Part shown: in pieces, positions 13,701-28,374 of the stretch
How the letters are laid out: every line of letters starts with the position of its first letter
Numbering within the stretch: position 1 is the stretch's first letter
Translations under genes and position numbers: made by a program
Assembly: GCF_964355755.1 (NCBI RefSeq)
Contig: NC_092671.1
Span: 21,593,317-21,657,316, forward strand
DNA length: 64,000 nucleotides
Direction: 5' to 3'
Origin: Antedon mediterranea
Lineage: Eukaryota > Animalia > Echinodermata
The notes under the pieces: model-generated
Seen by the model: only the letters and a program-made list of their open reading frames with translations
What the model was told of the DNA's origin: nothing
Databases searched by the model: none

Positions 13701-16700
13701 AAGAATAGCTTCAAATCGAATTTGGAGACATTTTAGACCAATTATTGATTTTCGAAAAAACTTGGTTACACAAAAACATCAAAGTGGTTAAAATCACATT
13801 ATAAACCGTTTTAGACCATTTTGAGCATTTCGATAACACTTTTCACACAAAAACATCAAAGTGCTTAGAATAGCTTCAAATCACATTTGGAGACGTTTTA
13901 GACCATTTTGTGATTTTCGAAAAAAACTTTTTAACATAAAAACACCAAACTGCTAAGAATAGCTTCAAATCGCATATGGAGACAATTTAGACCATTTTGT
14001 GATTTTCGAAAAAACTTGTTAACATAAAAACACCAAAGTGCTTAGAATACCTTCAAATCGCATTTGGAGACATTTTAGACCATTTTGTGATTTTCGAAAA
14101 AACTTGTTAACATAAAAACATCAAAGTGCTAAGAATAGCTTCCAATCGCATTTGGAGACGTTTTAGACCATTTTGTGATTTTCGAAAACAACTTGTTAAC
14201 ATAAAAACACCAAAGTGCTTAGAATAGCTTCAAATCGCATTTGGAGACGTTTTAGACCAATTTGTGATTTTCGAAAAAACTTGGTTACACAAAAACATCA
14301 AAGTGGATAAAATCACATTATAACCCGTTTTAGACCATTTTGAGCATATCGATAACACTTTTCACACAAAAACATCAAAGACCACAATATAGCTTAATAT
14401 CGTATTTAAAAACGTTTTAGACCATTTTGAGCATTTCGACAAAACTTTTTCACACAAAACACCAAAGTGCTTAGAATAGCTTCAAATCGCATTTGGAGAC
14501 GTTTTAGACCATTTTTGTGATTTTCGAAAAAACTTGTTAACATAAAAACATCAAAGTGCTAAGAATAGCTTCAAATCGCATTTGGAGACATTTTAGACCA
14601 ATTAGTGATTTTCGAAAAAACTTGGTTACACAAAAACATCAAAGTCACATCACATTATAAACCGTTTTAGACCATTTTGAGCATTTCGATAACACTTTTC
14701 ACACAAAAACATCAAAGTGCTTAGAATAGCTTCAAATCGCATTTGGAGACGTTTTAGACCATTTTGTGATTTTCGAAAAAAACTTTTTAACATAAAAACA
14801 CCAAACTGCTAAGAATAGCTTCAAATCGCATATGGAGACAATTTAGACCATTTTGTGATTTTCGAAAAAACTTGTTAACATAAAAACACCAAAGTGCTTA
14901 GAATACCTTCAAATCGCATTTGGAGACATTTTAGACCATTTTGTGATTTTCGAAAAAACTTGTTAACATAAAAACATCAAAGTGCTAAGAATAGCTTCCA
15001 ATCGCATTTGGAGACGTTTTAGACCATTTTGTGATTTTCGAAAACAACTTGTTAACATAAAAACACCAAAGTGCTTAGAATAGCTTCAAATCGCATTTGG
15101 AGACGTTTTAGACCAATTTGTGATTTTCGAAAAAACTTGGTTACACAAAAACATCAAAGTGGATAAAATCACATTATAAACCGTTTTAGACCATTTTGAG
15201 CATTTCGATAACACATTTCACACAAAAACATCAAAGAGCACAAAATAGCTTAATATCGTATTTAAAAACGTTTTAAACCATTTTGAGCATTTCGACAAAA
15301 CTTTTTCACACAAAACACCAAAGTGTACAGAATAGCTTCAAATCGCATTTGGAGACGTTTTAGACCATTTTGTGATTTTCGAAAAAACTTGTTAATATAA
15401 AAACACCAAAGTACTTAGAATAGCTTCAAATCGCATTTGGAGACGTTGTAGACCATTTTGTGATTTTCGAAAAAACTTGTTAACATAAAAACACCAAAGT
15501 TTACAGAATAGCTTCAAATCGCATTTGGAGACGTTTTAGACAATTTTGTGCATTTCGATGAAACTTGGTTACACAAAAACATCAAAGTGCTTAAAATCAC
15601 ATTATAAACCGTTTTAGACCATTTGAGCATTTCCATAACACTTTTCACACAAAAACATCAAAGGGCACAATATAGCTTAATATCCTATTTAAAAACGTTT
15701 TAGACCATTTTGAGCATTTCGACAAAACTTTTTCACACAAAACACCAAAGTGCTTAGAATACCTTCAAATCGCATTTGGAGACGTTTTAGACCATTTTGT
15801 GATTTTCGAAAAAACTTGTTAACATAAAAACACCAAAGTGCTTAGAATAGCTTCAAATCGCATTTGGAGACGTTTTAGACCATTTTGTGATTTTCGAAAA
15901 AACTTGTTAACATAAAAACACCAAAGTGTTTAGAAAAGCTTCAAATCGCATTTGGAGACGTTTTAGACCATTTTGTGATTTTCGAAAAAACTTGTTAACA
16001 TAAAAACACCAAAGTGTTTAGAAAAGCTTCAAATCGCATTTGGAGACGTTTTAGACCATTTTGGGATTTTCGAAAAAACTTGTTAACATAAAAACACCAA
16101 AGTGCTTAGAATAGCTTCAAATCGCATTTGGAGACGTTTTAGACCATTTTGTAATTTTCAAAAAAACTTGTTAACATAAAAACACCAAAGTTCTTAGAAT
16201 AGCTTCAAATCGCATTTGGAGACGTTTTAGACCATTTTGTGCATTTCGATGAAACTTGGTTACACAAAAACATCAAAGTGCTTAAAATCACATTATAAAC
16301 CGTTTTAGACCATTTGAGCATTTCGATAACACTTTTCACACAAAAACATCAAAGGGCACAATATAGCTTAATATCCTATTTAAAAACGTTTTAGACCATT
16401 TTGAGCATTTCGACAAAACTTTTTCACACAAAACACCAAAGTGCTTAGAATACCTTCAAATCGCATTTGGAGACGTTTTAGACCATTTTGTGATTTTCGA
16501 AAAAACTTAACATAAAAACATCAAAGTTTACAGAATAGCTTCAAATCGCATTTGGAGACGTTTTAGACAATTTTGTGATTTTCGAAAAAACTTGTTAACA
16601 TAAAAACACCAAAGTGCTTAGAATAGCTTCAAATCGCATTGGGAGACGTTTTAGACCATTTTGTGATTTTCGAAAAAAACTTGTTAACATAAAAACATCA

Positions 16701-19700
16701 AAGTGTACAGAATAGCTTCAAATCGCATTTGGAGACGTTTTAGACCATTTTGTGATTTTCGAAAAAACTTGTTAACATAAAAACACCAAAGTGCTTAGAA
16801 TAGCTTCAAATCGCATTTGGAGACGTTTTAAACCATTTTGTGATTTTCGAAAAAACTTGTTAACATAAAAACACCAAAATGTTTAGAATAGCTTCAAATC
16901 GCATTTGGAGACGTTTTAGACCATTTTGTGATTTTCGAAAAAACTTGTTAACACAAAAACACCAAAGTGATTAGAATAGCTTCAAATCGCATTTGGAGAC
17001 GTTTTAGACCATTTTGTGATTTTCGAAAAAACTTGTTAACATAAAAACACCAAAGTGATTAGAATAGCTTCAAATCGCATTTGGAGACGTTTTAGACCAT
17101 TTTGTGCATTTCTATGAAACTTGGTTACGCAAAAACATCAAAGTGCTTAAAATCACATTATAAACCGTTTTAGACCATTTTGAGCATATCGATAACACTT
17201 TTTACACAAAACACCAAAGTGCTTAGAATAGCTTCAAATCGCATTTGGAGACGTTTTAGACCATTTTGTGATTTTCGACAAAACTTTTTCACACAAAACA
17301 CCAAAGTGCTTAGAATACCTTCAAATCGCATTTGGAGACGTTTTAGACCATTTTGTGATTTTCGAAAAAACTTGTTAACATAAAAACATCAAAGTGTACA
17401 GAATAGCTTCAAATCGCATTTGGAGACGTTTTAGACCATTTTGTGATTTTCGAAAAAACTTGTTAACATAAAAACACCAAAGTGCTTAGAATAGCTTCAA
17501 ATCGCATTAGGAGACGTTTTAGACCATTTTGTGATTTTCGAAAAAACTTGTTAACATAAAAACACCAAAGTGCTTAGAATAGCTTCAAATCGCATTTGGA
17601 GACGTTTTAGACCATTTTGTGATTTTCGAAAAAACTTGTTAACATAAAAACACCAAAGTTCTTAAAATAGCTTCAAATCGCATTTGGAGACGTTTTAGAC
17701 CATTTTGTGATTTTCGAAAAAACTTGTTAACATAAAAACACCAAAGTGTTTAGAAAAGCTTCAAATCGCATTTGGAGACGTTTTAGACCATTTTTGGATT
17801 TTCGAAAAAACTTGTTAACATAAAAACACCAAAGTGCTTAGAATAGCTTCAAATCGCATTTGGAGACGTTTTAGACCATTTTGTAATTTTCAAAAAAACT
17901 TGTTAACATAAAAACACCAAAGTTCTTAGAATAGCTTCAAATCGCATTTGGAGACGTTTTAGACCATTTTGTGCATTTCGATGAAACTTGGTTACACAAA
18001 AACATCAAAGTGCTTAAAATCACATTATAAACCGTTTTAGACCATTTGAGCATTTCGATAACACTTTTCACACAAAAACATCAAAGGGCACAATATAGCT
18101 TAATATCCTATTTAAAAACGTTTTAGACCATTTTGAGCATTTCGACAAAACTTTTTCACACAAAACACCAAAGTGCTTAGAATACCTTCAAATCGCATTT
18201 GGAGACGTTTTAGACAATTTTGTGATTTTCGAAAAAACTTGTTAACATAAAAACATCAAAGTTTACAGAATAGCTTCAAATCGCATTTGGAGACGTTTTA
18301 GACAATTTTGTGATTTTCGAAAAAACTTGTTAACATAAAAACACCAAAGTGCTTAGAATAGCTTCAAATCGCATTGGGAGACGTTTTAGACCATTTTGTG
18401 ATTTTCGAAAAAACTTGTTAACATAAAAACATCAAAGTGTACAGAATAGCTTCAAATCGCATTTGGAGACGTTTTAGACCATTTTGTGATTTTCGAAAAA
18501 ACTTGTTAACATAAAAACACCAAAGTGCTTAGAATAGCTTCAAATCGCATTTGGAGACGTTTTAAACCATTTTGTGATTTTCGAAAAAACTTGTTAACAT
18601 AAAAACACCAAAATGTTTAGAATAGCTTCAAATCGCATTTGGAGACGTTTTAGACCATTTTGTGATTTTCGAAAAAACTTGTTAACACAAAAACTCCAAA
18701 GTGATTAGAATAGCTTCAAATCGCATTTGGAGACGTTTTAGACCATTTTTTGATTTTCGAAAAAACTTGTTAACATAAAAACACCAAAGTGATTAGAATA
18801 GCTTCAAATCGCATTTGGAGACGTTTTAGACCATTTTGTGCATTTCGATGAAACTTGGTTACGCAAAAACATCAAAGTGCTTAAAATCACATTATAAACC
18901 GTTTTAGACCATTTTGAGCATATCGATAACACTTTTTACACAAAACACCAAAGTGCTTAGAATAGCTTCAAATCGCATTTGGAGACGTTTTAGACCATTT
19001 TGTGATTTTCGACAAAACTTTTTCACACAAAACACCAAAGTGCTTAGAATACCTTCAAATCGCATTTGGAGACGTTTTAGACCATTTTGTGATTTTCGAA
19101 AAAACTTGTTAACATAAAAACATCAAAGTGTACAGAATAGCTTCAAATCGCATTTGGAGACGTTTTAGACCATTTTGTGATTTTCGAAAAAACTTGTTAA
19201 CATAAAAACACCAAAGTGCTTAGAATAGCTTCAAATCGCATTAGGAGACGTTTTAGACCATTTTGTGATTTTCGAAAAAACTTGTTAACATAAAAACACC
19301 AAAGTGCTTAGAATAGCTTCAAATCGCATTTGGAGACGTTTTAGACCATTTTGTGATTTTCGAAAAAACTTGTTAACATAAAAACACCAAAATGTTTAGA
19401 ATAGCTTCAAATCGCATTTGGAGACGTTTTAGACCATTTTGTGATTTTCGAAAAAACTTGTTAACACAAAAACACCAAAGTGATTAGAATAGCTTCAAAT
19501 CGCATTTGGAGACGTTTTAGACCATTTTGTGCATTTCGATGAAACTTGGTTACGCAAAAACATCAAAGTGCTTAAAATCACATTATAAACCGTTTTAGAC
19601 CATTTTGAGCATATCGATAACACTTTTCACACAAAAACATCAAAGAGCACAATATAGCTTAATATCGTATTTAAAAACGTTTTAGACCATTTTGAGCATT

Positions 19701-22700
19701 TCGACAAAACTTTTTCACACAAAACACCAAAGTGCTTAGAATAGCTTCAAATCGCATTTGGAGACGTTTTAGACCATTTTGTGATTTTCGAAAAAAATTG
19801 TTAACATAAAAACATCAAAGGGCTAAGAATAGCTTCAAATCGCATTTGGAGACATTTTAGACCAATTAGTGATTTTCGAAAAAACTTGGTTACACAAAAA
19901 CATCAAAGTGGTTAAAATCACATTATAAACCGTTTTAGACCATTTTGAGAATTTCGATAACACTTTTTACACAAAAACATCAAAGTGCTTAGAATAGCTT
20001 CAAATCGCATTTGGAGACGTTTTAGACCATTTTGTGATTTTTGAAAAAAACTTTTTAACATATAAACACCAAACTGCTAAGAATAGCTTCAAATCGCATA
20101 TGGAGACAATTTAGACCATTTTGTGATTTTCGAAAAAACTTGTTAACATAAAAACACCAAAGTGCTTAGAATACCTTCAAATCGCATTTGGAGACGTTTT
20201 AGACCATTTTGTGATTTTCCAAAAAACTTGTTAACATAAAAACATCAAAGTGTACAGAATAGCTTCAAATCGCATTTGGAGACGTTTTAGACCATTTTGT
20301 GATTTTCGAAAAAACTTGTTAACATAAAAACACCAAAGTGCTTAGAATAGCTTCAAATCGCATTAGGAGACGTTTTAGACCATTTTGTGATTTTCGAAAA
20401 AACTTGTTAACATAAAAACACCAAAGTGCTTAGAATAGCTTCAAATCGCATTTGGAGACGTTTTAGACCATTTTGTGATTTTCGAAAAAACTTGTTAACA
20501 TAAAAACACCAAAATGTTTAGAATAGCTTCAAATCACATTTGGAGACGTTTTAGACCATTTTGTGATTTTCGAAAAAACTTGTTAACACAAAAACACCAA
20601 AGTGATTAGAATAGCTTCAAATCGCATTTGGAGACGTTTTAGACCAATTTGTGCATTTCGATGAAACTTGGTTAGGCAAAAACATCAAAGTGCTTAAAAT
20701 CACATTATAAACCGTTTTAGACCATTTTGAGCATATCGATAACACTTTTCACACAAAAACATCAAAGAGCACAATATAGCTTAATATCTTATTTAAAAAT
20801 GTTTTAGACCATTTTGAGCATTTCGACAAAACTTTTTCACACAAAACACCAAAGTGCTTAGAATAGCTTCAAATCGCATTTGGAGACGTTTTAGACCATT
20901 TTGTGATTTTCGAAAAAACTTGTTAACATAAAAACATCAAAGTGCTAAGAATAGCTTCAAATCGCATTTGGAGACATTTTAGACCAATTAGTGATTTTCG
21001 AAAAAACTTGGTTACACAAAAACATCAAAGTGGTTAAAATCACATTATAAACCGTTTTAGACCATTTTGAGCATTTCGATAACACTTTTCACACAAAAAC
21101 ATCAAAGTGCTTAGAATAGCTTCAAATCGCATTTGGAGACGTTTTAGACCATTTTGTGATTTTCGAAAAAAACTTTTTAACATAAAAACACCAAACTGCT
21201 AAGAATAGCTTCAAATCGCATATGGAGACAATTTAGACCATTTTGTGATTTTCGAAAAAACTTGTTAACATAAAAACACCAAAGTGCTAAGAATAGCTTC
21301 AAATCGCATATGGAGACAATTTAGACCATTTTGTGATTTTCGAAAAAACTTGTTAACATAAAAACACCAAAGTGCTTAGAATACCTTCAAATCGCATTTG
21401 GAGACGTTTAAGACCATTTTGTGATTTTCGAAAAAACTTGTTAACATAAAAACACCAAAGTGCTTAGAATAGCTTCAAATCGCATTTGGAGACGTTTTAG
21501 ACCAATTTGTGATTTTCGAAAAAACTTGGTTACACAAAAACATCAAAGTGGTTAAAAGCACATTATAAACCGTTTTAGACCATTTTGAGCATTTCGATAA
21601 CACATTTCACACAAAAACATCAAAGAGCACAAAATAGCTTAATATCGTATTTAAAAACGTTTTAAACCATTTTGAGCATTTCGACAAAACTTTTTCCCAC
21701 AAAACACCAAAGTGTACAGAATAGCTTCAAATCGCATTTGGAGACGTTTTAGACCATTTTGTGATTTTCGAAAAAACTTGTTAATATAAAAACACCAAAG
21801 TACTTAGAATAGCTTCAAATCGCATTTGGAGACGTTTTAGACCATTTTGTGATTTTCGAAAAAACTTGTTAACATAAAAACATCAAAGTGCTAAGAATAG
21901 CTTCCAATCGCATTTGGAGACATTTTAGACCAATTTGTGATTTTGGAAAAAACTTGGTTACACAAAAACATCAAAGTGCTTTAAATCACATTATAAACCG
22001 TTTTAGACCATTTTGAGCATTTCGATAACACATTTCACAAAAAAACATCAAAGAGCACAAAATAGCTTAATATCGTATTTAAAAACGTTTTAAACCATTT
22101 TGAGCATTTCGACAAAACTTTTTCACACAAAACACCAAAGTGTTTAGAAAAGCTTCAAATCGCATTTGGAGACGTTTTAGACCATTTTGGGATTTTCGAA
22201 AAAACTTGTTAACATAAAAACACCAAAGTGCTTAGAATAGCTTCAAATCGCATTTGAAGACGTTTTAGACCATTTTGTAATTTTCGAAAAAACTTGTTAA
22301 CATAAAAACACCAAAATGTTTAGAATAGCTTCAAATCGCATTTGGAGACGTTTTAGACCATTTTGTGATTTTCGAAAAAACTTGTTAACACAAAAACACC
22401 AAAGTGATTAGAATAGCTTCAAATCGCATTTGGAGACGTTTTAGACCATTTTGTGATTTTCGAAAAAACTTGTTAACATAAAAACACCAAAGTGATTAGA
22501 ATAGCTTCAAATCGCATTTGGAGACGTTTTAGACCATTTTGTGCATTTCGATGAAACTTGGTTACGCAAAAACATCAAAGTAATAATCACATTATAAACA
22601 GTTTTAGACCATTTTGAGCATATCGATAAAACTTTTTACACAAAACACCAAAGTGCTTAGAATAGCTTCAAATCGCATTTGGAGACGTTTTAGACCATTT

Positions 22701-25700
22701 TGTGATTTTCGACAAAACTTTTTCACACAAAACACCAAAGTGCTTAGAATACCTTCAAATCGCATTTGGAGACGTTTTAGACCATTTTGTGATTTTCGAA
22801 AAAACTTGTTAACATAAAAACATCAAAGTGTACAGATTAGCTTCAAATCGCATTTGGAGACGTTTTAGACCATTTTGTGATTTTCGAAAAAACTTGTTAA
22901 CATAAAAACACCAAAGTGCTTAGAATAGCTTCAAATCGCATTAGGAGACGTTTTAGACCATTTTGTTATTTTCGAAAAAACTTGTTAACATAAAAACACC
23001 AAAATGTTTAGAATAGCTTCAAATCGCATTTGTAGACGTTTTATACCATTTTGTGATTTTCGAAAAAACTTGTTAACACAAAAACACCAAAGTGATTAGA
23101 ATAGCTTCAAATCGCATTTGGAGACGTTTTAGACCATTTTGTGCATTTCGATGAAACTTGGTTACGCAAAAACATCAAAGTGCTTAAAATCACATTATAA
23201 ACCGTTTTAGACCATTTTGAGCATATCGATAACACTTTTCACACAAAAACATCAAAGAGCACAATATAGCTTAATATCGTATTTAAAAACGTTTTAGACC
23301 ATTTTGAGCAATTCGACAAAACTTTTTCACACAAAACACCAAAGTGCTTAGAATAGCTTCAAATCGCATTTGGAGACGTTTTAGACCATTTTGTGATTTT
23401 CGAAAAAACTTGTTAACATAAAAACATCAAAGGGCTAAGAATAGCTTCAAATCGCATTTGGAGACATTTTAGACCAATTAGTGATTTTCGAAAAAACTTG
23501 GTTACACAAAAACATCAAAGTGGTTAAAATCACATTATAAACCGTTTTAGACCATTTTGAGCATATCGATAAAATTTTTTACACAAAAACATCAAAGAGC
23601 ACAAAATAGCTTAATATCGTATTTGGAAACGTTTTAGAACATTTTGTGATTTTCGAAAAAACTTGTTAACATAAAACACCAAAGTGTACAGAATAGCTTC
23701 AAATCGCATTTGGAGACATTTTAGACCAATTTGTGATTTTCGAAAAAACTTGTTAACATAAAAACACCAAAGTGCTAAGAATAGCTTCAAATCGCATTTG
23801 GAGACATTTTAGACCAATTTGTGATTTTCGAAAAAACTTGGTTACACAAAAACATCAAAGTGCTTAAAATCACATTATAAAACCGTGTTAGACCATTTTG
23901 AGCATTTCGATAACACTTTTCACACAAAAACATCAAAGAGCATAAAATAGGTTAATATCGTATTTAAAAACGTTTTAGACCATTTTGAGCATTTCGATGA
24001 AACTTGGTTACGCAAAAACATCAAAGTGCTTAAAATCACATTATAAACCGTTTTAGACCATTTTGAGCATATCGATAAAATTTTTTACACAAAAACATCA
24101 AAGAGCACAAAATAGCTTAATATCGTATTTGGAAACGTTTTAGAACATTTTGTGATTTTCGAAAAAACTTGTTAACATAAAACACCAAAGTGTACAGAAT
24201 AGCTTCAAATCGCATTTGGAGACATTTTAGACCAATTTGTGATTTTCGAAAAAACTTGTTAACATAAAAACACCAAAGTGCTAAGAATAGCTTCAAATCG
24301 CATTTGGAGACATTTTAGACCAATTTGTGATTTTCGAAAAAACTTGGTTACACAAAAACATCAAAGTGCTTAAAATCACATTATAAAACCGTTTTAGACC
24401 ATTTTGAGCATTTCGATAACACTTTTCACACAAAAACATCAAAGAGCATAAAATAGGTTAATATCGTATTTAAAAACGTTTTAGACCATTTTGAGCATTT
24501 CGACAAAACTTTTTCACACAAAACACCAAAGTGTACAGAATAGCTTAATATCGTATTTAAAAACGTTTTAGACCATTTTGTGATTTTCGAAAAAACTTGT
24601 TAACATAAAAACACCAAAGTGCTTACAATAGCTTCAAATCGCATTAGGAGACGTTTTAGACCATTTTGTGATTTTCGAAAAAACTTGTTAACATAAAAAC
24701 ATCAAAGTGTACAGAATAGCTTCAAATCGCATTTGGAGACGTTTTAGACCATTTTGTGATTTTCGAAAAAAACTTAACATAAAAACACCAAAGTGCTTAG
24801 AATAGCTTCAAATCGCATTTGGAGACGTTTTAGACCATTTTGTGATTTTCGAAAAAACTTGTTAATATAAAAACACCAAAGTACTTAGAATAGCTTCAAA
24901 TCGCATTTGGAGACGTTTTAAACCATTTTGTGATTTTCGAAAAAACTTGTTAACATAAAAACACCAAAATGTTTAGAATAGCTTCAAATCGCATTTGGAG
25001 ACGTTTTAGACCATTTTGTGATTTTCGAAAAAACTTGTTAACACAAAAACACCAAAGTGATTAGAATAGCTTCAAATCGCATTTGGAGACGTTTTAGACC
25101 ATTTTGTGATTTTCGAAAAAACTTGTTAACATAAAAACACCAAAGTGATTAGAATAGCTTCAAATCGCATTTGGAGACGTTTTAGACCATTTTGTGATTT
25201 TCGAAAAAACTTGTTAACATAAAAACACCAAAGTGATTAGAATAGCTTCAAATCGCATTTGGAGACGTTTTAGACCATTTTGTGCATTTCGATGAAACTT
25301 GGTTACGCAAAAACATCAATGTGCTTAAAATCACATTATAAACCGTTTTAGACCATTTTGAGCATATCCATAAAACTTTTTACACAAAACACCAAAGTGC
25401 TTAGAATAGCTTCAAATCGCATTTGGAGACGTTTTAGACCATTTTGTGATTTTCGACAAAACTTTTTCACACAAAACACCAAAGTGCTTAGAATACCTTC
25501 AAATCGCATTTGGAGACGTTTTAGACCATTTTGTGATTTTCGAAAAAACTTGTTAACATAAAAACATCAAAGTGTACAGAATAGCTTCAAATCGCATTTG
25601 GAGACGTTTTAGACCATTTTGTGATTTTCGAAAAAACTTGTTAACATAAAAACACCAAAGTGCTTAGAATAGCTTCAAATCGCATTAGGAGACGTTTTAG

Positions 25701-28267
25701 ACCATTTTGTGATTTTCGAAAAAACTTGTTAACATAAAAACACCAAAGTGCTTAGAATAGCTTCAAATCGCATTTGGAGACGTTTTAGACCATTTTGTGA
25801 TTTTCGAAAAAACTTGTTAACATAAAAACACCAAAATGTTTAGAATAGCTTCAAATCGCATTTGGAGACGTTTTAGACCATTTTGTGATTTTCGAAAAAA
25901 CTTGTTAACACAAAAACACCAAAGTGATTAGAATAGCTTCAAATCGCATTTGGAGACGTTTTAGACCATTTTGTGCATTTCGATGAAACTTGGTTACGCA
26001 AAAACATCAAAGTGCTTAAAATCACATTATAAACCGTTTTAGACCATTTTGAGCATATCGATAACACTTTTCACACAAAAACATCAAAGAGCACAATATA
26101 GCTTAATATCGTATTTAAAAACGTTTTAGACCATTTTGAGCATTTCGACAAAACTTTTTCACACAAAACACCAAAGTGCTTAGAATAGCTTCAAATCGCA
26201 TTTGGAGACGTTTTAGACCATTTTGTGATTTTCGAAAAAACTTGTTAACATAAAAACATCAAAGTGCTAAGAATAGTTTCAAATCGAATTTGGAGACATT
26301 TTAGACCAATTAGTGATTTTCGAAAAAACTTGGTTACACAAAAACATCAAAGTGGTTAAAATCACATTATAAACCGTTTTAGACCATTTTGAGCATTTCG
26401 ATAACACTTTTCACACAAAAACATCAAAGTGCTTAGAATAGCTTCAAATCGCATTTGGAGACGTTTTAGACCATTTTGTGATTTTCGAAAAAAACTTTTT
26501 AACATAAAAACACCAAACTGCTAAGAATAGCTTCAAATCGCATATGGAGACAATTTAGACCATTTTGTGATTTTCGAAAAAACTTGTTAACATAAAAACA
26601 CCAAAGTGCTTAGAATACCTTCAAATCGCATTTGGAGACATTTTAGACCATTTTGTGATTTTCGAAAAAACTTGTTAACATAAAAACATCAAAGTGCTAA
26701 GAATAGCTTCCAATCGCATTTGTAGACGTTTTAGACCATTTTGTGATTTTCGAAAACAACTTGTTAACATAAAAACACCAAAGTGCTTAGAATAGCTTCA
26801 AATCGCATTTGGAGACGTTTTAGACCATTTTGTGATTTTCGAAAAAACTTGTTAACATAAAAACATCAAAGTGCTAAGAATAGCTTCAAATCGAATTTGG
26901 AGACATTTTAGACCAATTAGTGATTTTCGAAAAAACTTGGTTACACAAAAACATCAAAGTGGTTAAAATCACATTATAAACCGTTTTAGACCATTTTGAG
27001 CATTTCGATAACACTTTTCACACAAAAACATCAAAGTGCTTAGAATAGCTTCAAATCGCATTTGGAGACGTTTTAGACCATTTTGTGATTTTCGAAAAAA
27101 ACTTTTTAACATAAAAACACCAAACTGCTAAGAATAGCTTCAAATCGCATATGGAGACAATTTAGACCATTTTGTGATTTTCGAAAAAACTTGTTAACAT
27201 AAAAACACCAAAGTGCTTAGAATACCTTCAAATCGCATTTGGAGACATTTTAGACCATTTTGTGATTTTCGAAAAAACTTGTTAACATAAAAACATCAAA
27301 GTGCTAAGAATAGCTTCCAATCGCATTTGGAGACGTTTTAGACCATTTTGTGATTTTCGAAAAAACTTGTTAACATAAAAACACCAAAGTGATTAGAATA
27401 GCTTCAAATCGCATTTGGAGACGTTTTAGACCATTTTGTGCATTTCGATGAAACTTGGTTACGCAAAAACATCAAAGTGCTTAAAATCACATTATAAACC
27501 GTTTTAGACCATTTTGAGCATATCGATAACACTTTTTACACAAAACACCAAAGTGCTTAGAATAGCTTCAAATCGCATTTGGAGACGTTTTAGACCATTT
27601 TGTGATTTTCGACAAAACTTTTTCACACAAAACACCAAAGTGCTTAGAATACCTTCAAATCGCATTTGGAGACGTTTTAGACCATTTTGTGATTTTCGAA
27701 AAAACTTGTTAACATAAAAACATCAAAGTGTACAGAATAGCTTCAAATCGCATTTGGAGACGTTTTAGACCATTTTGTGATTTTCGAAAAAACTTGTTAA
27801 CATAAAAACACCAAAGTGCTTAGAATAGCTTCAAATCGCATTTGGAGACGTTTTAGACCATTTTGTGATTTTCGAAAAAACTTGTTAACATAAAAACACC
27901 AAAGTGCTTAGAATAGCTTCAAATCGCATTAGGAGACGTTTTAGACCATTTTGTGATTTTCGAAAAAACTTGTTAACATAAAAACACCAAAGTGCTTAGA
28001 ATAGCTTCAAATCGCATTTGGAGACGTTTTAGACCATTTTGTGATTTTCGAAAAAACTTGTTAACATAAAAAAAACAAAGTTCTTAAAATAGCTTCAAAT
28101 CGCATTTGGAGACGTTTTAGACCATTTTGTGATTTTCGAAAAAACCTGTTAACATAAAAACACCAAAGTGTTTAGAAAAGCTTCAAATCGCATTTGGAGA
28201 CGTTTTAGACCATTTTGGGATTTTCGAAAAAACTTGTTAACATAAAAACACCAAAGTGCTTAGAATA

Positions 28268-28278
28268 TGGCCGAGCGG
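28268..28278 (+). promoter_or_regulatory. RNA polymerase III type 2 promoter A-box
   Basis: TGGCCGAGCGG fits TRGCNNAGYGG. The context TGGCCGAGCGGTTAAGGC resembles the D-arm of Leu/Ser-type tRNAs. Confidence 0.85.
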
Positions 28279-28333
28279 TTAAGGCAGGGGCGCCGTTTAT
28301 CGTACCTAAAGAGCCAACAACAACATCGGCAAG

Positions 28334-28344
28334 GGTTCGAGGCC
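28334..28344 (+). promoter_or_regulatory. RNA polymerase III type 2 promoter B-box
   Basis: GGTTCGAGGCC fits GGTTCGANNCC and lies 55 nt after the A-box. The overlapping inverted repeat tcggc (28326-28330)/gccga (28342-28346) can form a stem around it. Confidence 0.85.
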
Positions 28345-28374
28345 GACTCGCTCCTAGTTCTGGTGGTGGAACAA

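Larger units (their letters stand above)
1..28267 (+). repeat. Tandem satellite DNA array (88-bp monomer family with 76-77 and 87 bp variants), left of the SINE insertion
   Basis: Continuous head-to-tail copies. The period was measured directly (aacataaaaa at 841 and 929 = 88 bp). All copies are in the same orientation and the array runs off the window start. Confidence 0.99.

Noticed and set aside
28268-28350. Functional tRNA gene
   Set aside because: A and B boxes are present, but the 5' acceptor strand is missing, the canonical T-stem pairs poorly, and no convincing anticodon arm is seen. It continues into a SINE body and tail.
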